A stretch of 64,000 nucleotides of DNA from Candidatus Poribacteria bacterium (GTDB lineage Bacteria; Poribacteria; WGA-4E; PCPOR2b). Of the stretch, positions 25,507 to 35,720 are shown piece after piece; positions within the stretch are counted from its first letter, which is position 1, and every line of letters begins with the position of its first letter. The stretch covers positions 3,264,001 through 3,328,000 of the forward strand of contig OZ244587.1 in NCBI GenBank assembly GCA_965218095.1. The letters are read 5' to 3'. The position numbers and the translations under genes are program-made. Under the pieces are notes generated by a model. The model made no database searches, was not told the origin of the DNA, and saw only the letters and a list, made by a program, of their open reading frames with translations.

Positions 25507-26535
25507 ATGAGACTGATTCAGTTTCACTTGCCAGACAGGCGGATTGGATACATTGATGGTGAGCACGTTGTCGACTTGACCAGTGTCAACGCGGAGTGGA
25601 CGCAGACCTATTATCTCTTCTTTGAAGCTCGCAGAAGCGGCAAGACCATCAGCGCATACCTTGCCGATATTCCCACTGATAATGCGGATCGTGTGCCGTA
25701 TGATCAACTGTTAGCTGGGCGTCCGGGGGATGCGAGCGGATGGATTCTGCCTCCACTCGACCACCCAGATCCGGCGCACTGTTCAATTTCTGGAACGGGG
25801 CTAACGCATCTGGGAAGTATGGAAGCGCGCGACCAGATGCACACGATTGTCAACGCCGACGAAGCGACGAAGACAGATTCCCAGAAGATGTTTGAGATGG
25901 GGTTAAAGGATGGCAAACCGGAGCCCGGCGCGCGTGGGGTTCAACCGGAATGGTTTTACAAAGGGAGCGGCGCAAGTTTGCGGGGACACAACGACTTTCT
26001 GGATATACCCGACTTCACAGAAGATGGCGGTGAGGAGCCGGAAATCGTTGGTTGCTACGTGATCGACGACAATGGGATTCCCTGTCGGCTCGGCTTTGCG
26101 ATCGGCAACGAATGGGCAGACCATCCTATGGAGCGCGTGAACTACCTGTGGCTTGCCCCCTCGAAGATGCGCGTCTGCGCGGTTGGACCGGAGTTGGCAA
26201 CAGACCAAACGTTCACCGATGTCCGGGGAAGCTGCCGCATCGTGCGGGGAGCAGAGGAAATCTATCATTCCGGGGAGCTCCTCACGGGCGAAGCACACAT
26301 GAGTCATACGCTTGCCAATCTCGAAGACCATCACTTCAAGTACCCGCACTTTCGGGTGCCTGGCGATGTGCATTTGCATTACTTCGGAACGATGAAACTC
26401 TCCTTCCTGGATCGGCCGACCTATCAAACAGGCGATCAGATCGAGATCCGTTTTGATGGAATGGGGGCGCTGCTCGTCAACCATGTCCGTCAGATTCCGA
26501 TTTCTGAGAAGGCTGTGAGCGTGGAAAAGGGATGA
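25507..26535 (+). CDS. AraD1/GguC family FAH-superfamily protein
   Basis: PPLDHPDPAHC.ISGTGLTHLGS, QPEWFYKG, DGGEEPE and HTLANLEDHHFKY motifs. Confidence 0.88.
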   Translation: MRLIQFHLPDRRIGYIDGEHVVDLTSVNAEWTQTYYLFFEARRSGKTISAYLADIPTDNADRVPYDQLLAGRPGDASGWILPPLDHPDPAHCSISGTGLTHLGSMEARDQMHTIVNADEATKTDSQKMFEMGLKDGKPEPGARGVQPEWFYKGSGASLRGHNDFLDIPDFTEDGGEEPEIVGCYVIDDNGIPCRLGFAIGNEWADHPMERVNYLWLAPSKMRVCAVGPELATDQTFTDVRGSCRIVRGAEEIYHSGELLTGEAHMSHTLANLEDHHFKYPHFRVPGDVHLHYFGTMKLSFLDRPTYQTGDQIEIRFDGMGALLVNHVRQIPISEKAVSVEKG

Positions 26536-26672
26536 AGTTTATCTCTAAATAAATCGTCATTGACATCTGTTCTAAAATCCCAATATAATTACCGATGGAC
26601 TTCCGCTTCGATAATGCGAAAGATGAGTTACATTCGAGAAAAGATTAAACGACTTCAAAGGGGGTAGCAAAG

Positions 26673-27491
26673 ATGGAAAGATTGGACCAACCGTCTGCTC
26701 CGGCGTCCCGCCGGCTGGCCGGCAAAGTCGCAGCGGTCACCGGGGCCGGACAGGGAATCGGCAGGGCAATCGTCTGCCGATTGACGCAGGAAGGGGCATC
26801 GCTTTTCGCCAGCGACATCAAAACAGATCTCCTGGAGAAACTGGAGCACGACGTCAAAGCGACCGGCGCCCAAATCACCACGGAGGTCTTCGATGCCGCC
26901 AAAGTGGCTGACGCCGCGCGTTTCGTCCAGGCCGTGGTCGAGCGGTGCGGACGCATCGATATCTTTGTCAACAATGCGGGGGGAATCCGGGCCCAGCCGT
27001 TCCCCGATGTCACCGAAGAGACATGGAACTGGACGTTAGACCTGAACCTCAAAGGTCCCTACTTTTACATGCAGGAAGCGGCCAGGCGAATGACGGTGCA
27101 AAAAAGTGGCACGATCATCAATTTGGCCTCGGTCGCTGGTATTGCTGGAGGGATGACCTATTCACCGCCTTATGCTGCCAGCAAGGCCGCGATTATTAAC
27201 CTCACCAAGGTGGCTGCCGCCAAGCTTGCTGAGTTTGGGGTAACAGTAAACGCCGTTGCCCCCGGCATTGTCGACACAGCTTTTAACTGGCGACTTGATG
27301 AGGAGATTGGCGTCAATCAGATGGGGCTGACGCCGGGGGAGTTGTTAAACCGTCGGCGTGCGTCTATCCCCATGGGGCGGCTCCAACAACCGGAAGACAT
27401 CGCCAACGTTGTGGCTTTTTTGGCGAGTGAAGATGCCGCTGAGATGACCGGCGAGACGATTGTGGTTTCCGGTGGTTTGGTGATGCGGTGA
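26673..27491 (+). CDS. SDR family oxidoreductase
   Basis: TGAGQGIG, NNAG and YAASK motifs. Confidence 0.9.
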   Translation: MERLDQPSAPASRRLAGKVAAVTGAGQGIGRAIVCRLTQEGASLFASDIKTDLLEKLEHDVKATGAQITTEVFDAAKVADAARFVQAVVERCGRIDIFVNNAGGIRAQPFPDVTEETWNWTLDLNLKGPYFYMQEAARRMTVQKSGTIINLASVAGIAGGMTYSPPYAASKAAIINLTKVAAAKLAEFGVTVNAVAPGIVDTAFNWRLDEEIGVNQMGLTPGELLNRRRASIPMGRLQQPEDIANVVAFLASEDAAEMTGETIVVSGGLVMR

Positions 27492-27515
27492 ACAAGGAAA
27501 ACCCAGGAGGATTAG

Positions 27516-27890
27516 ATGGTACAGCGTATAGATCATATTGAGCTAATCGTCTCAGACGTCGAGCCGTATGTGCAGCTCTTTAAGCTGGGATTCAAGCTCC
27601 TGACCCGGACCTCGCACCATGGCGAATCGGTGGAGTTGCAGCTACCCGGTCCCAATCAACCAATCTTTGAAATCCACCAGGTCAGCGGGGAGGAGAACAT
27701 CGGCGTCAACCATATCGCCTTTCAGGTGGACGACGCGCACAAAGCTTATGAGACACTTAAGGGCGCTGGGGTGCCCTTTGAGGGGGGACCCACCTTTGTT
27801 GAAGCGAGCGGACGGATCGTGGTCAATTTCCGGGATCCCGATGGTTGGCGGCTTCAATTGGCGGATGCAAAAAGAAAAGCGCCTCAGTAG
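27516..27890 (+). CDS. VOC/glyoxalase family protein
   Basis: IDHIELIVSD, GVNHIAFQVDD and FRDPDGWRLQL motifs. Confidence 0.88.
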   Translation: MVQRIDHIELIVSDVEPYVQLFKLGFKLLTRTSHHGESVELQLPGPNQPIFEIHQVSGEENIGVNHIAFQVDDAHKAYETLKGAGVPFEGGPTFVEASGRIVVNFRDPDGWRLQLADAKRKAPQ

Positions 27891-28208
27891 CCACAGTTTG
27901 GGGAAGGTAAATTCACTCGTTGCGTTGGGTTGCATCCATCACTTTGCGCCTTGAGATTCAAAGCAAGAATCGTCAAGCGGTTTACGCTTGTTGATCTGAT
28001 TTTGCTCTCAGCGACACTCTCCTGAATGGCAATTACTTCGTCAAAGTTTTCGATAAACAGATCCACTAGTTTTGGATTGAACGATATTTGTAATTATACT
28101 TCAATAGGTCACAAATCATCTTAACGGAGACACGAGGCGGTTTTGAGCCACTCTTGTCCTCTTCGGAACTATACAGGATCGCGTATCTGTCTCTGGAAAG
28201 GTAATACC

Positions 28209-29633
28209 ATGAATTTGAACGTTCTACTCATATCCACCTACGAAATGGGACGTCAGCCTTTTGGTTTAGCCTCACCTGCTGCCTGGTTACGTGACGCGGG
28301 CGCCCATGTTCGATGTCTCGACCTATCGGTTGAATCTTTCTGCGAAGATGCAGTTACATCCGCAGACCTCATTGCCTTTTATGTGCCGATGCACATGGGG
28401 ACCCGGATGGCGGTAAGTATGTTAGATGGCGTTCGTCAAATCAACCCCGAGGCACACCTTTGCTTCTACGGACTGTACGCCTCGGAAAGCGAGTCTTATC
28501 TACGTTGCTCAGGTGTAGATACGATCCTTGGCGGAGAATTTGAAACAGGTCTGGTAGATTTGGCGAAGCGGCTCTCGAACTCAAATAACGGAAAGACCAC
28601 GACAGGCACCCAACCGGAAGCCATCGTGTCCCTGGCCCGCCAAAAATTCCTCGTGCCAGATCGCGTGGGGCTGCCAGACCTGACAAAGTACGCGCATTTG
28701 GTCACATGTGAAGGGCGGCATCTGACCGCTGGGTACGTGGAAGCCACCCGTGGGTGTAAACATCTCTGTCGTCACTGCCCCATCGTGCCAGTCTACAACG
28801 GAAACTTTCGCGTTGTTCAGCGGGAAGTCGTACTGGAAGACATCCGCCAACAGGTCGCCGCTGGTGCACAGCATATCACGTTTGGTGACCCCGATTTCTT
28901 TAACGGTGTCAGTCATGCGATCCGATTGGTCACTGCACTTCACGAAGAGCATCCCCATTTGACTTATGATGTGACCATCAAAGTGGAGCACCTTCTCAAA
29001 CATGCAAAACATCTTAAAACGCTCAAAGAAAGCGGCTGCCTGTTTATTACCTCAGCGGTGGAGTCGTTCGATGAGCACATCCTGACAATATTCGAGAAGC
29101 ATCATACGGTGCGGGACTTTGAAGCCGTATTGAGCCACTGTAGGCAGGCCGGCTTGTTGCTGGTTCCCACCTTTGTCGCCTTTACACCGTGGACGACCCT
29201 TGAGGGCTATCGCACTTTATTATGGGGGGTTGCCCGTCTCGGGCTGGTTGATGAGGTTTCCCCAATCCAATACGCGATCCGCCTCCTGATTCCGCCGGGC
29301 TCCAGACTGTTAGAAGTCCCGGAGGTACAGGAGATTGTTGGAAGTCTGGACGAGTCCATGTTGTCCTACACATGGACGAATCCCGATCCACGGATGGATA
29401 CCCTCCAAAAAGACTTGGAACGCCTGGTCCAAAAGTGTGCGGCTCAACAGCTTCCAAGGCGCGAAACCTTCCAGCAGATTTGGGAGCGGACCCACCAGGA
29501 AGTGACTGAATGCTCGGATGCAATTCCCCACCCATTTCTGGCTGATCATCCAAGTTTTGTTCCCTATCTGACAGAGCCATGGTATTGTTGAGCGGAGCCG
29601 ACTGAGGAGCAGTTTGCTTCTCTATATCTTTGA
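28209..29633 (+). CDS. CUAEP-tail B12-binding radical SAM selenoprotein (UGA 29589-29591 read as Sec)
   Basis: STYEMGRQPFGLASP N-terminus and RGCKHLCRHC (CxxxCxxC). Ends TEPWYC-TGA-AEPTEEQFASLYL*. Confidence 0.88.
29604..29622 (+). promoter_or_regulatory. Candidate bacterial SECIS hairpin
   Basis: GAGGAGCA-GTT-TGCTTCTC forms an 8-bp stem (one G-U pair) with a G in the loop, starting 12 nt after the UGA. Confidence 0.6.
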
Positions 29634-29765
29634 ACCTCCACCAGTCATTAGTCAGATGCTCCAGCGACTGTTGATTTTTGATTTTCCTTTTTGGACAAAT
29701 CTATAATTACTTACGTAATGCGTATCGCGTATAACATTTCACATTTATGGAGAGGAGTATTCTTT

Positions 29766-32078
29766 ATGTCAGAATATTCGGTTATTGGCAAAAGGCTACC
29801 AAGGGTTGATGCACTCGAAAAAGTGACGGGTGCGGCACAGTACGGGGCAGACGTTCAACTGCCTGGTATGCTTCACGGGAAGTTTGTTCGTAGTAAACAC
29901 CCGCATGCGAAGATCCTTCGCATCGATATGAGTGAAGCCGAAAAACTACCGGGTGTGCGAGCCATTGTGACACAGGAAGATGTTGAGAGTGGTCGAAGGG
30001 TCTTTGCTTCGGACAAGGCGCTTTATCTCGGCGAACCGATTGCAGCCGTTGCGGCAACCGATCCGGACATCGCAGAGGAAGCCGCCGACCTCGTTAAGAT
30101 CGACTACGAAGTGCTGTCCGTCGTTCAGGACGTGACGGCAGCAATTAAGTCCTCTGCACCACGTCTGCACAGCGATGATACGAAAGATGGTCCAACTCGT
30201 CGAGCAATTAGAGCCAAACTGAAAAAGCTTGAGGACGACCAATCACAAGAGCACGGTGCAGAGGTCGCAGCGTTAAATGCGCAGTTGGGAGATCTGCAAG
30301 ACGAGATTTACTACAACATCTCGGCCGAAACACACTCAGCGATTGGCGATGCCGAAAAAGGCTTCGCCGAATCAAATCTTGTCGTCGAAGACACATACAT
30401 CATTCCGCGCGTCCATCAGACCTACATGGAGCCGCACGTCTCTGTTGCCGATGTCGATTCCACCGGCAAAGTCACGGTGTGGGCAAGCACGCAGGGACCT
30501 TTCGCTATCCGATCCGGCATTGCGGGGACGCTTGGTATTTCGCTTAATCAGATTAACGTGATCGCAACAACAATGGGCGGTGGATTTGGTGGACGGTTCG
30601 GCGTTGCACTCACGCATGTGCCTGCTGTGCTACTGTCGCAGAAGACGGGGCGCCCGGTGAAGCTCCAGATGAGCCGTGAAGAGGAGTTTATCGATGGCCG
30701 TCCGGCGCCGGGGTGCGTAGTTAAGCTGAAGACAGGTGTAACGAATGATGGTCGCATCCTCGCCCGTCAAGCCCTTGCATTCTGGGATTCCGGTTCCGTA
30801 TCTGGTGCCTCAATCGGTAGTACCATCCGTGTGCGCGGCGTCTATAAAATCCCGCACCTGAAAGTTGATGCGTATGGCGTCTACACAAACAAGTCTGGGA
30901 CAGCCGCCTATCGCGCGCCGGGCACACCACAGGTGGCCTTCGCCGGCGAATCTCAGCTTGATGACATTGCACGCCAACTTGGCATGGATGCGGTTGAATT
31001 CCGACTCAAAAACATGCGTGGAGAGGGCGATCCGATCCCCGGCGGTGGCCAACGGGGCGGATTAAAAGAACCGAAGGTCGGTTATAAGGAAACCCTGAAA
31101 GCTGTCGCCGATGCGGTTGATTGGAAGAATCGGATGAAGGGACCGAATCAAGGCTGGGGCGTGGCGATTGGCGATTGGACAAATGGCTGTGGCCCCGGTG
31201 GGATGTACGTCTCTATCCACGAAGATGGGAGCGCTCGAATCTTCCACGGCTCGATAGACATCACCGGCACAGATACAGCGCTTGCCCAGATCGTTGCTGA
31301 AATTTTGACACTTCCTTATGATAAGGTCGCAATCACTCGCGGCGATACCGACTCCGCGCCTTACGCGACCGGCTCTGGCGGCAGCGTCGTGACTTTTACG
31401 ATGGGCAACACCGCCAAAATCGCGGCTGAAGATACGTGCAAACGTCTCCTTGAGCTCGCCGCTGAAAGGCTGAACATGTCGATTGATGACCTCGAACTCA
31501 AAGACGGAAAGGTATCCACGATTGTCGGTGATCCGCCGAAATCCATCAGACTTGGGGAGTTGGCTGCATACAGCCTGTCAACAACGGGTGGCCCAATCGT
31601 TGGCAAAGGTTCATTCGCACGGAAACCGACCACGCCTGCCCTTGCCGCACAAATCGCTAAGGTCGAGGTCGATAAAGAGACCGGCAGAATCAAGGTCCTG
31701 AAGATGGCTTCCTCACAGGATGTCGGCTTCGCTATTAACCCGATGTCAGTTGAGGGGCAGATCGAGGGCGGCACAGTGCAAGGCTACGCCTGGGCGACCA
31801 TGGAGGAGATGCAGTATGACGAGAGCGGTAACGTGAATCCGGGCTTCGTCGATTATCGTGTGCCGACCTCCGCAGATCTTCCCATCGTGGAGTCCATCAT
31901 CGTTGAAGTTGAGGCGCCCAACGGCCCATTCGGCGCGAAGGGTGTCGGTGAACCACCCATCACGCCGACCCTGGCAGCGATGGCTAACGCGGTTGCCGAT
32001 GCGGTTGGCGTTCGGATTACCGAACTCCCGATTAAACCGGAAAGGGTTGTCAATGCGCTCCATAATAACGGAAAGTGA
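29766..32078 (+). CDS. Xanthine dehydrogenase family molybdopterin-binding subunit
   Basis: KVTGAAQY, MGGGFGG, AYRAPG, EGQIEGG and GAKGVGEPP motifs. Confidence 0.92.
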   Translation: MSEYSVIGKRLPRVDALEKVTGAAQYGADVQLPGMLHGKFVRSKHPHAKILRIDMSEAEKLPGVRAIVTQEDVESGRRVFASDKALYLGEPIAAVAATDPDIAEEAADLVKIDYEVLSVVQDVTAAIKSSAPRLHSDDTKDGPTRRAIRAKLKKLEDDQSQEHGAEVAALNAQLGDLQDEIYYNISAETHSAIGDAEKGFAESNLVVEDTYIIPRVHQTYMEPHVSVADVDSTGKVTVWASTQGPFAIRSGIAGTLGISLNQINVIATTMGGGFGGRFGVALTHVPAVLLSQKTGRPVKLQMSREEEFIDGRPAPGCVVKLKTGVTNDGRILARQALAFWDSGSVSGASIGSTIRVRGVYKIPHLKVDAYGVYTNKSGTAAYRAPGTPQVAFAGESQLDDIARQLGMDAVEFRLKNMRGEGDPIPGGGQRGGLKEPKVGYKETLKAVADAVDWKNRMKGPNQGWGVAIGDWTNGCGPGGMYVSIHEDGSARIFHGSIDITGTDTALAQIVAEILTLPYDKVAITRGDTDSAPYATGSGGSVVTFTMGNTAKIAAEDTCKRLLELAAERLNMSIDDLELKDGKVSTIVGDPPKSIRLGELAAYSLSTTGGPIVGKGSFARKPTTPALAAQIAKVEVDKETGRIKVLKMASSQDVGFAINPMSVEGQIEGGTVQGYAWATMEEMQYDESGNVNPGFVDYRVPTSADLPIVESIIVEVEAPNGPFGAKGVGEPPITPTLAAMANAVADAVGVRITELPIKPERVVNALHNNGK

Positions 32079-32099
32079 GCCACGCACCCCATGAGGTGG

Positions 32100-32575
32100 C
32101 TGTTCTTTTCGGCGGCAATTTCGGTTGGAGCATCTTCAGAACAGAGCTCACGTGGGAACACGTGCCCACTTCGCCGAATTGCTCTGGTGCGCGGACAATT
32201 GCAGGACCACTTCCCCCTGGTACAACGATGGGCTGTCATCGTTAAAAGATCGTGACAACAGCGTTGCCAGGTCGTGGAAAAGTAGGGGCGATCGATTCAC
32301 ACGCGTTGTCGCCGTGCACAGTGAACGCGGCGAGGCCCAGTGCTCCGTGCTCTGCTTCGCGAGCATCTCGCTGATGCGGTCCACTATCTCGGTCATTAGC
32401 GGCTGACGCTCACGTCCTGTCCCTTCCGGAAAGTAGCCGTGGTCGCGGAAACATAGCTCCAGTCCGTCAACGTCAAACCGGTCCACGATCCCTTTGGCGG
32501 CGGTAAACACGTAGTTTCACACCTCGGCAAAGATAAAGTCCATGTGGGTACCGAGCTTCGTGCGAACGCTGCCTG
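32100..32575 (-). pseudogene. Degraded glycoside-hydrolase-like TIM-barrel fragment
   Basis: GTHMDFIFAEV*NYVF...RFDVDGLELCFR with an in-frame stop and no intact ORF. Confidence 0.45.
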
Positions 32576-32614
32576 CCTGTTGTTTGATATACCACTGAGG
32601 GTTATCGGTAATTC

Positions 32615-34864
32615 ATGCCCAAATCGATCTTCGTCATTTTTATCTTGATATTCATGTCCTTTCCGAATATCTTATCCGCGCGTGATGGAGGATTCGGGGC
32701 GCATGTTATCGAAGCCTACCGTCTCAATGAAGACGTACCCCCGCCCAAAATTGATGGAAGATTAGATGACCCTGCTTGGCAGCGAGCACAACCAGTGAAC
32801 GGGTTTATTCAACTTGTGCCAGATCGAGGGCAGCCCGCCACAGATGATACAGAATTCTATATCGTCTATGACCGACATCATCTCTACGTCGCATTTCGGT
32901 GCTATGATGCCTCCCCTGATAAGATCGTCAACCGCCTCGTGTGGCGGGATGGGAGTATCTATGACTCAGATGTGATATCCTTCTTCATGGACCCACATCA
33001 TGACCATCGCACCGGATATAAGTTTGCCACCACCCCCGGCGGCGTTCAGAGTGATGCGTATCGTTTCGACGATATTCGGTCCGATTCAAGTTGGAGGGGA
33101 ATCTGGTGGTTAGAAACGGGGATTGATGCACAGGGGTGGGTTGCTGAGTTTAAAATCCCTTTCGCAAATTTCCGCTTCCCGGATAAGCCGGAACAGGTGT
33201 GGGGATTCGATGTTGAACGGGTGAGCCGGAGAAAAAATGAAGTCACGGTTTGGAAACAGATGACCCAGGCGGGAAGTATAACGCGGATGTCTGACCTGGG
33301 CCATCTGGTGAAACTCAGGAACATTAGAGGAGGCAAACCGTTTGAAATTTCTCCCTATTTCTTAAGAGGGAGTTCTGAAACGCACGATGAATCGCTAGAT
33401 GGTCAACTGGGAGTAGGACTAGATGTTCAGTACAACCTGACAGCTGCATTAAAGACAAACGTCACCGTTAACCCTGACTTCGCCCAGGTGGAAGCAGACC
33501 AACTGGAGATTAACCTGACTCGTTTCCCGACTCGCTTTCCGGAGCGGCGTCCTTTCTTCGTTGAGGGTAACAGTTTTTTTGAAACGCCCCTGGAGCTCTT
33601 TTTCAGTCGACGTATCGGCAGCCAGGGGGACATCCTCTGGGGCGGCAAGATGACCGGCAAGGTCGGAGATTATTCCATCGGTCTTCTCGGGAGTCAAATC
33701 GGCAGTTTCGACGCCCTGGAGATTGGTCAACAATCGGTGCTCAAAGAGGAGGCGTTGTATTCAGCGGTCCGGTTGAAGAAGGATATCCTTGAGCGCTCAA
33801 GCCTTGGGCTTATCTACGTTGATAAGGAGCAAATCGATGATAGGGAGGGAGATGAAAGCTACAGTCGGGTGGGAGGCCTGGATACGGATGTGTTCTTTCT
33901 AAAAACCTATCGATTATCGGGACAATATGCGAGGAGCTTTCATCCCGGCCGGGACACAAAAAACGGAGCCTATCTTATGGAACTTGCACAAAGCAATTAC
34001 CTCTGGAATGCCAGAGTGAGGCTGGAACGGGTTGAGCCCCTATTTGAAACCAATCAGACAGGATTCCTCCGAAAGGAGAGGTATCGCGGCTGGCAACAAA
34101 TGGATATCATGACGACTTATATTCCCCGATTGGGTCCGCATCGGGCGTCTTTGGAGATTGATAGCAGCGTCTTTCAGAGTCTTTACACTGATGCGTATTT
34201 CGCCAATTGGAGAGAGAGTAATCCAAATAGCACGCTTGCTCTAGAGTTTGAGGAGGATCTGATCGCCTGGGATGTCAACATCTCGGCAGATTTTCGTCCC
34301 ACCGAATCCTTCTGGGATGGCGTCGGCGTGTTTTATCGACGTGGCCGGGAAGTCGAACTGACGGATATATTCACGGCAGACGGATACGGATTTTCCATCG
34401 AAACGAACACCGCGCGCCCCATTGCGGTAGGTGTGGATGGAGAGATAGCGGATTTTTTCAATTTCTCAAGACAGGCTGTGGGGAAGCAGCAGCAGCTTTC
34501 TTTCTCTAGCGCCATACGGCCTCAGAGCAATTTCGCCATGGAGTTTAAGGGCAGTTACGCCCAAAGCCTCGATCAAACAGATGTCATTGATGGACGTTTT
34601 TTCGTCAGCTCTCTGCGCGTCACCTATCTGTTTACCCGCGATCTATTTCTGAGGGTTTTTACGCAAGCCGGATGTGAACGCACCTCCTTCCACGAGATAG
34701 AGGCCAATGAGAACTACTTGGTCAGCGCCCTCTTCGGGTGGGAATATAGCCCCAAAAGCCATATTTTCGTTGCGTATAACGAAGATTGGAGGACCGCTGA
34801 GGAGGAATTACGGCTGGATAACAGGGTTGTCGTATTCAAGATTTCCTATCTCTGGAATCTCTAA
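32615..34864 (+). CDS. DUF5916 / CBM9-like sugar-binding outer-membrane protein
   Basis: PKIDGRLDDPAW, GWVAEFKIPF, TVNPDFAQVEAD and PERRPFFVEG motifs. Beta-barrel-like C-terminus KISYLWNL. Confidence 0.85.
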   Translation: MPKSIFVIFILIFMSFPNILSARDGGFGAHVIEAYRLNEDVPPPKIDGRLDDPAWQRAQPVNGFIQLVPDRGQPATDDTEFYIVYDRHHLYVAFRCYDASPDKIVNRLVWRDGSIYDSDVISFFMDPHHDHRTGYKFATTPGGVQSDAYRFDDIRSDSSWRGIWWLETGIDAQGWVAEFKIPFANFRFPDKPEQVWGFDVERVSRRKNEVTVWKQMTQAGSITRMSDLGHLVKLRNIRGGKPFEISPYFLRGSSETHDESLDGQLGVGLDVQYNLTAALKTNVTVNPDFAQVEADQLEINLTRFPTRFPERRPFFVEGNSFFETPLELFFSRRIGSQGDILWGGKMTGKVGDYSIGLLGSQIGSFDALEIGQQSVLKEEALYSAVRLKKDILERSSLGLIYVDKEQIDDREGDESYSRVGGLDTDVFFLKTYRLSGQYARSFHPGRDTKNGAYLMELAQSNYLWNARVRLERVEPLFETNQTGFLRKERYRGWQQMDIMTTYIPRLGPHRASLEIDSSVFQSLYTDAYFANWRESNPNSTLALEFEEDLIAWDVNISADFRPTESFWDGVGVFYRRGREVELTDIFTADGYGFSIETNTARPIAVGVDGEIADFFNFSRQAVGKQQQLSFSSAIRPQSNFAMEFKGSYAQSLDQTDVIDGRFFVSSLRVTYLFTRDLFLRVFTQAGCERTSFHEIEANENYLVSALFGWEYSPKSHIFVAYNEDWRTAEEELRLDNRVVVFKISYLWNL

Positions 34865-35309
34865 CGAATCGAAAAGAAGTTCAACTCCCAGCGTCCCGGG
34901 GATGTCGTTGTACACATAAATTTGTTCTTGACATCAATAAACATCTCATGCTGACATTACACGACAGCACATGAATATGAAGGCTACACTTATCTGGTAA
35001 CGGAGCCAATACGGACCGGAAATGCGTCTGTCGTTTGGGTTGATTGATGATCTCCTGATTGCTAGCTTAGGAGAATCGACGATAAAAAAGGCTATTGATC
35101 TCTCTTAGGGCAAATCAGCGGAAAGCCTCGCCAACGACGCAGAATTTGCGGAAGTAATCGCACGTTTCCAGACTAACACCAGTCTGACAGACTGTCAATT
35201 CTAGCATTCTTCCAGAATTTCATGAACAACATCGAACCCGGGGCGGGAAAGGATACATTAGGACTCCTGTGAGACAGGTAACTTGACCGTGTCGACATTT
35301 CAGAGAAAG

Positions 35310-35504
35310 TTAAGTGCGTTTATAAAATCTCCGAGTTTCCTTCCCTTTCTTTATTGCCTCTCTTCGTTTCCGTTTCTTTTTTTCAGAAGGCTTTTCATGA
35401 AAGCGTCTCCTTCTGATCTCCTTGAAAAGACCTTCCTTCTGGAGTCGACGTTTTAAGGCTTGAAGTGCTTTTTCGACATTATTATCGTAAACTTTTATCT
35501 CCAA
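35310..35504 (-). CDS. rpsU: 30S ribosomal protein S21
   Basis: VEKALQALKR...EG...EIRRRRFHEKPSEKK. Confidence 0.93.
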   Translation of the reverse strand: MEIKVYDNNVEKALQALKRRLQKEGLFKEIRRRRFHEKPSEKKKRKRREAIKKGKETRRFYKRT

Positions 35505-35720
35505 CTGGTTCTCCTTCTGTCGTCAAATGAGTAGCTATTATTAACTTCGGATATAAATTATACTTCACGTCGCCGGAAATTCAGCTTCCCGGACGAGCAC
35601 TGCTAGCTCGTTCCTGCTTCCACGATGAACAAATCCCTAGCAAAGCGAGATTCGGTGAAGCGGGGCTGGCAGCATCCACTACGACTGGATCGTGTTTCTA
35701 ATTTAACATTGTGGAGTTAC

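Noticed and set aside
27884-28066. 60-aa ORF faintly resembling an HsdS N-terminus
   Set aside because: The similarity is too weak to call without a search.
35105-35200. c-di-GMP-I riboswitch-like words (GGCAAA...GAAA...GACGCA)
   Set aside because: The P2 stem does not pair. The region reads better as a decayed coding fragment (LLIASLGESTIKKAIDLS*GKSAESLANDAEF).
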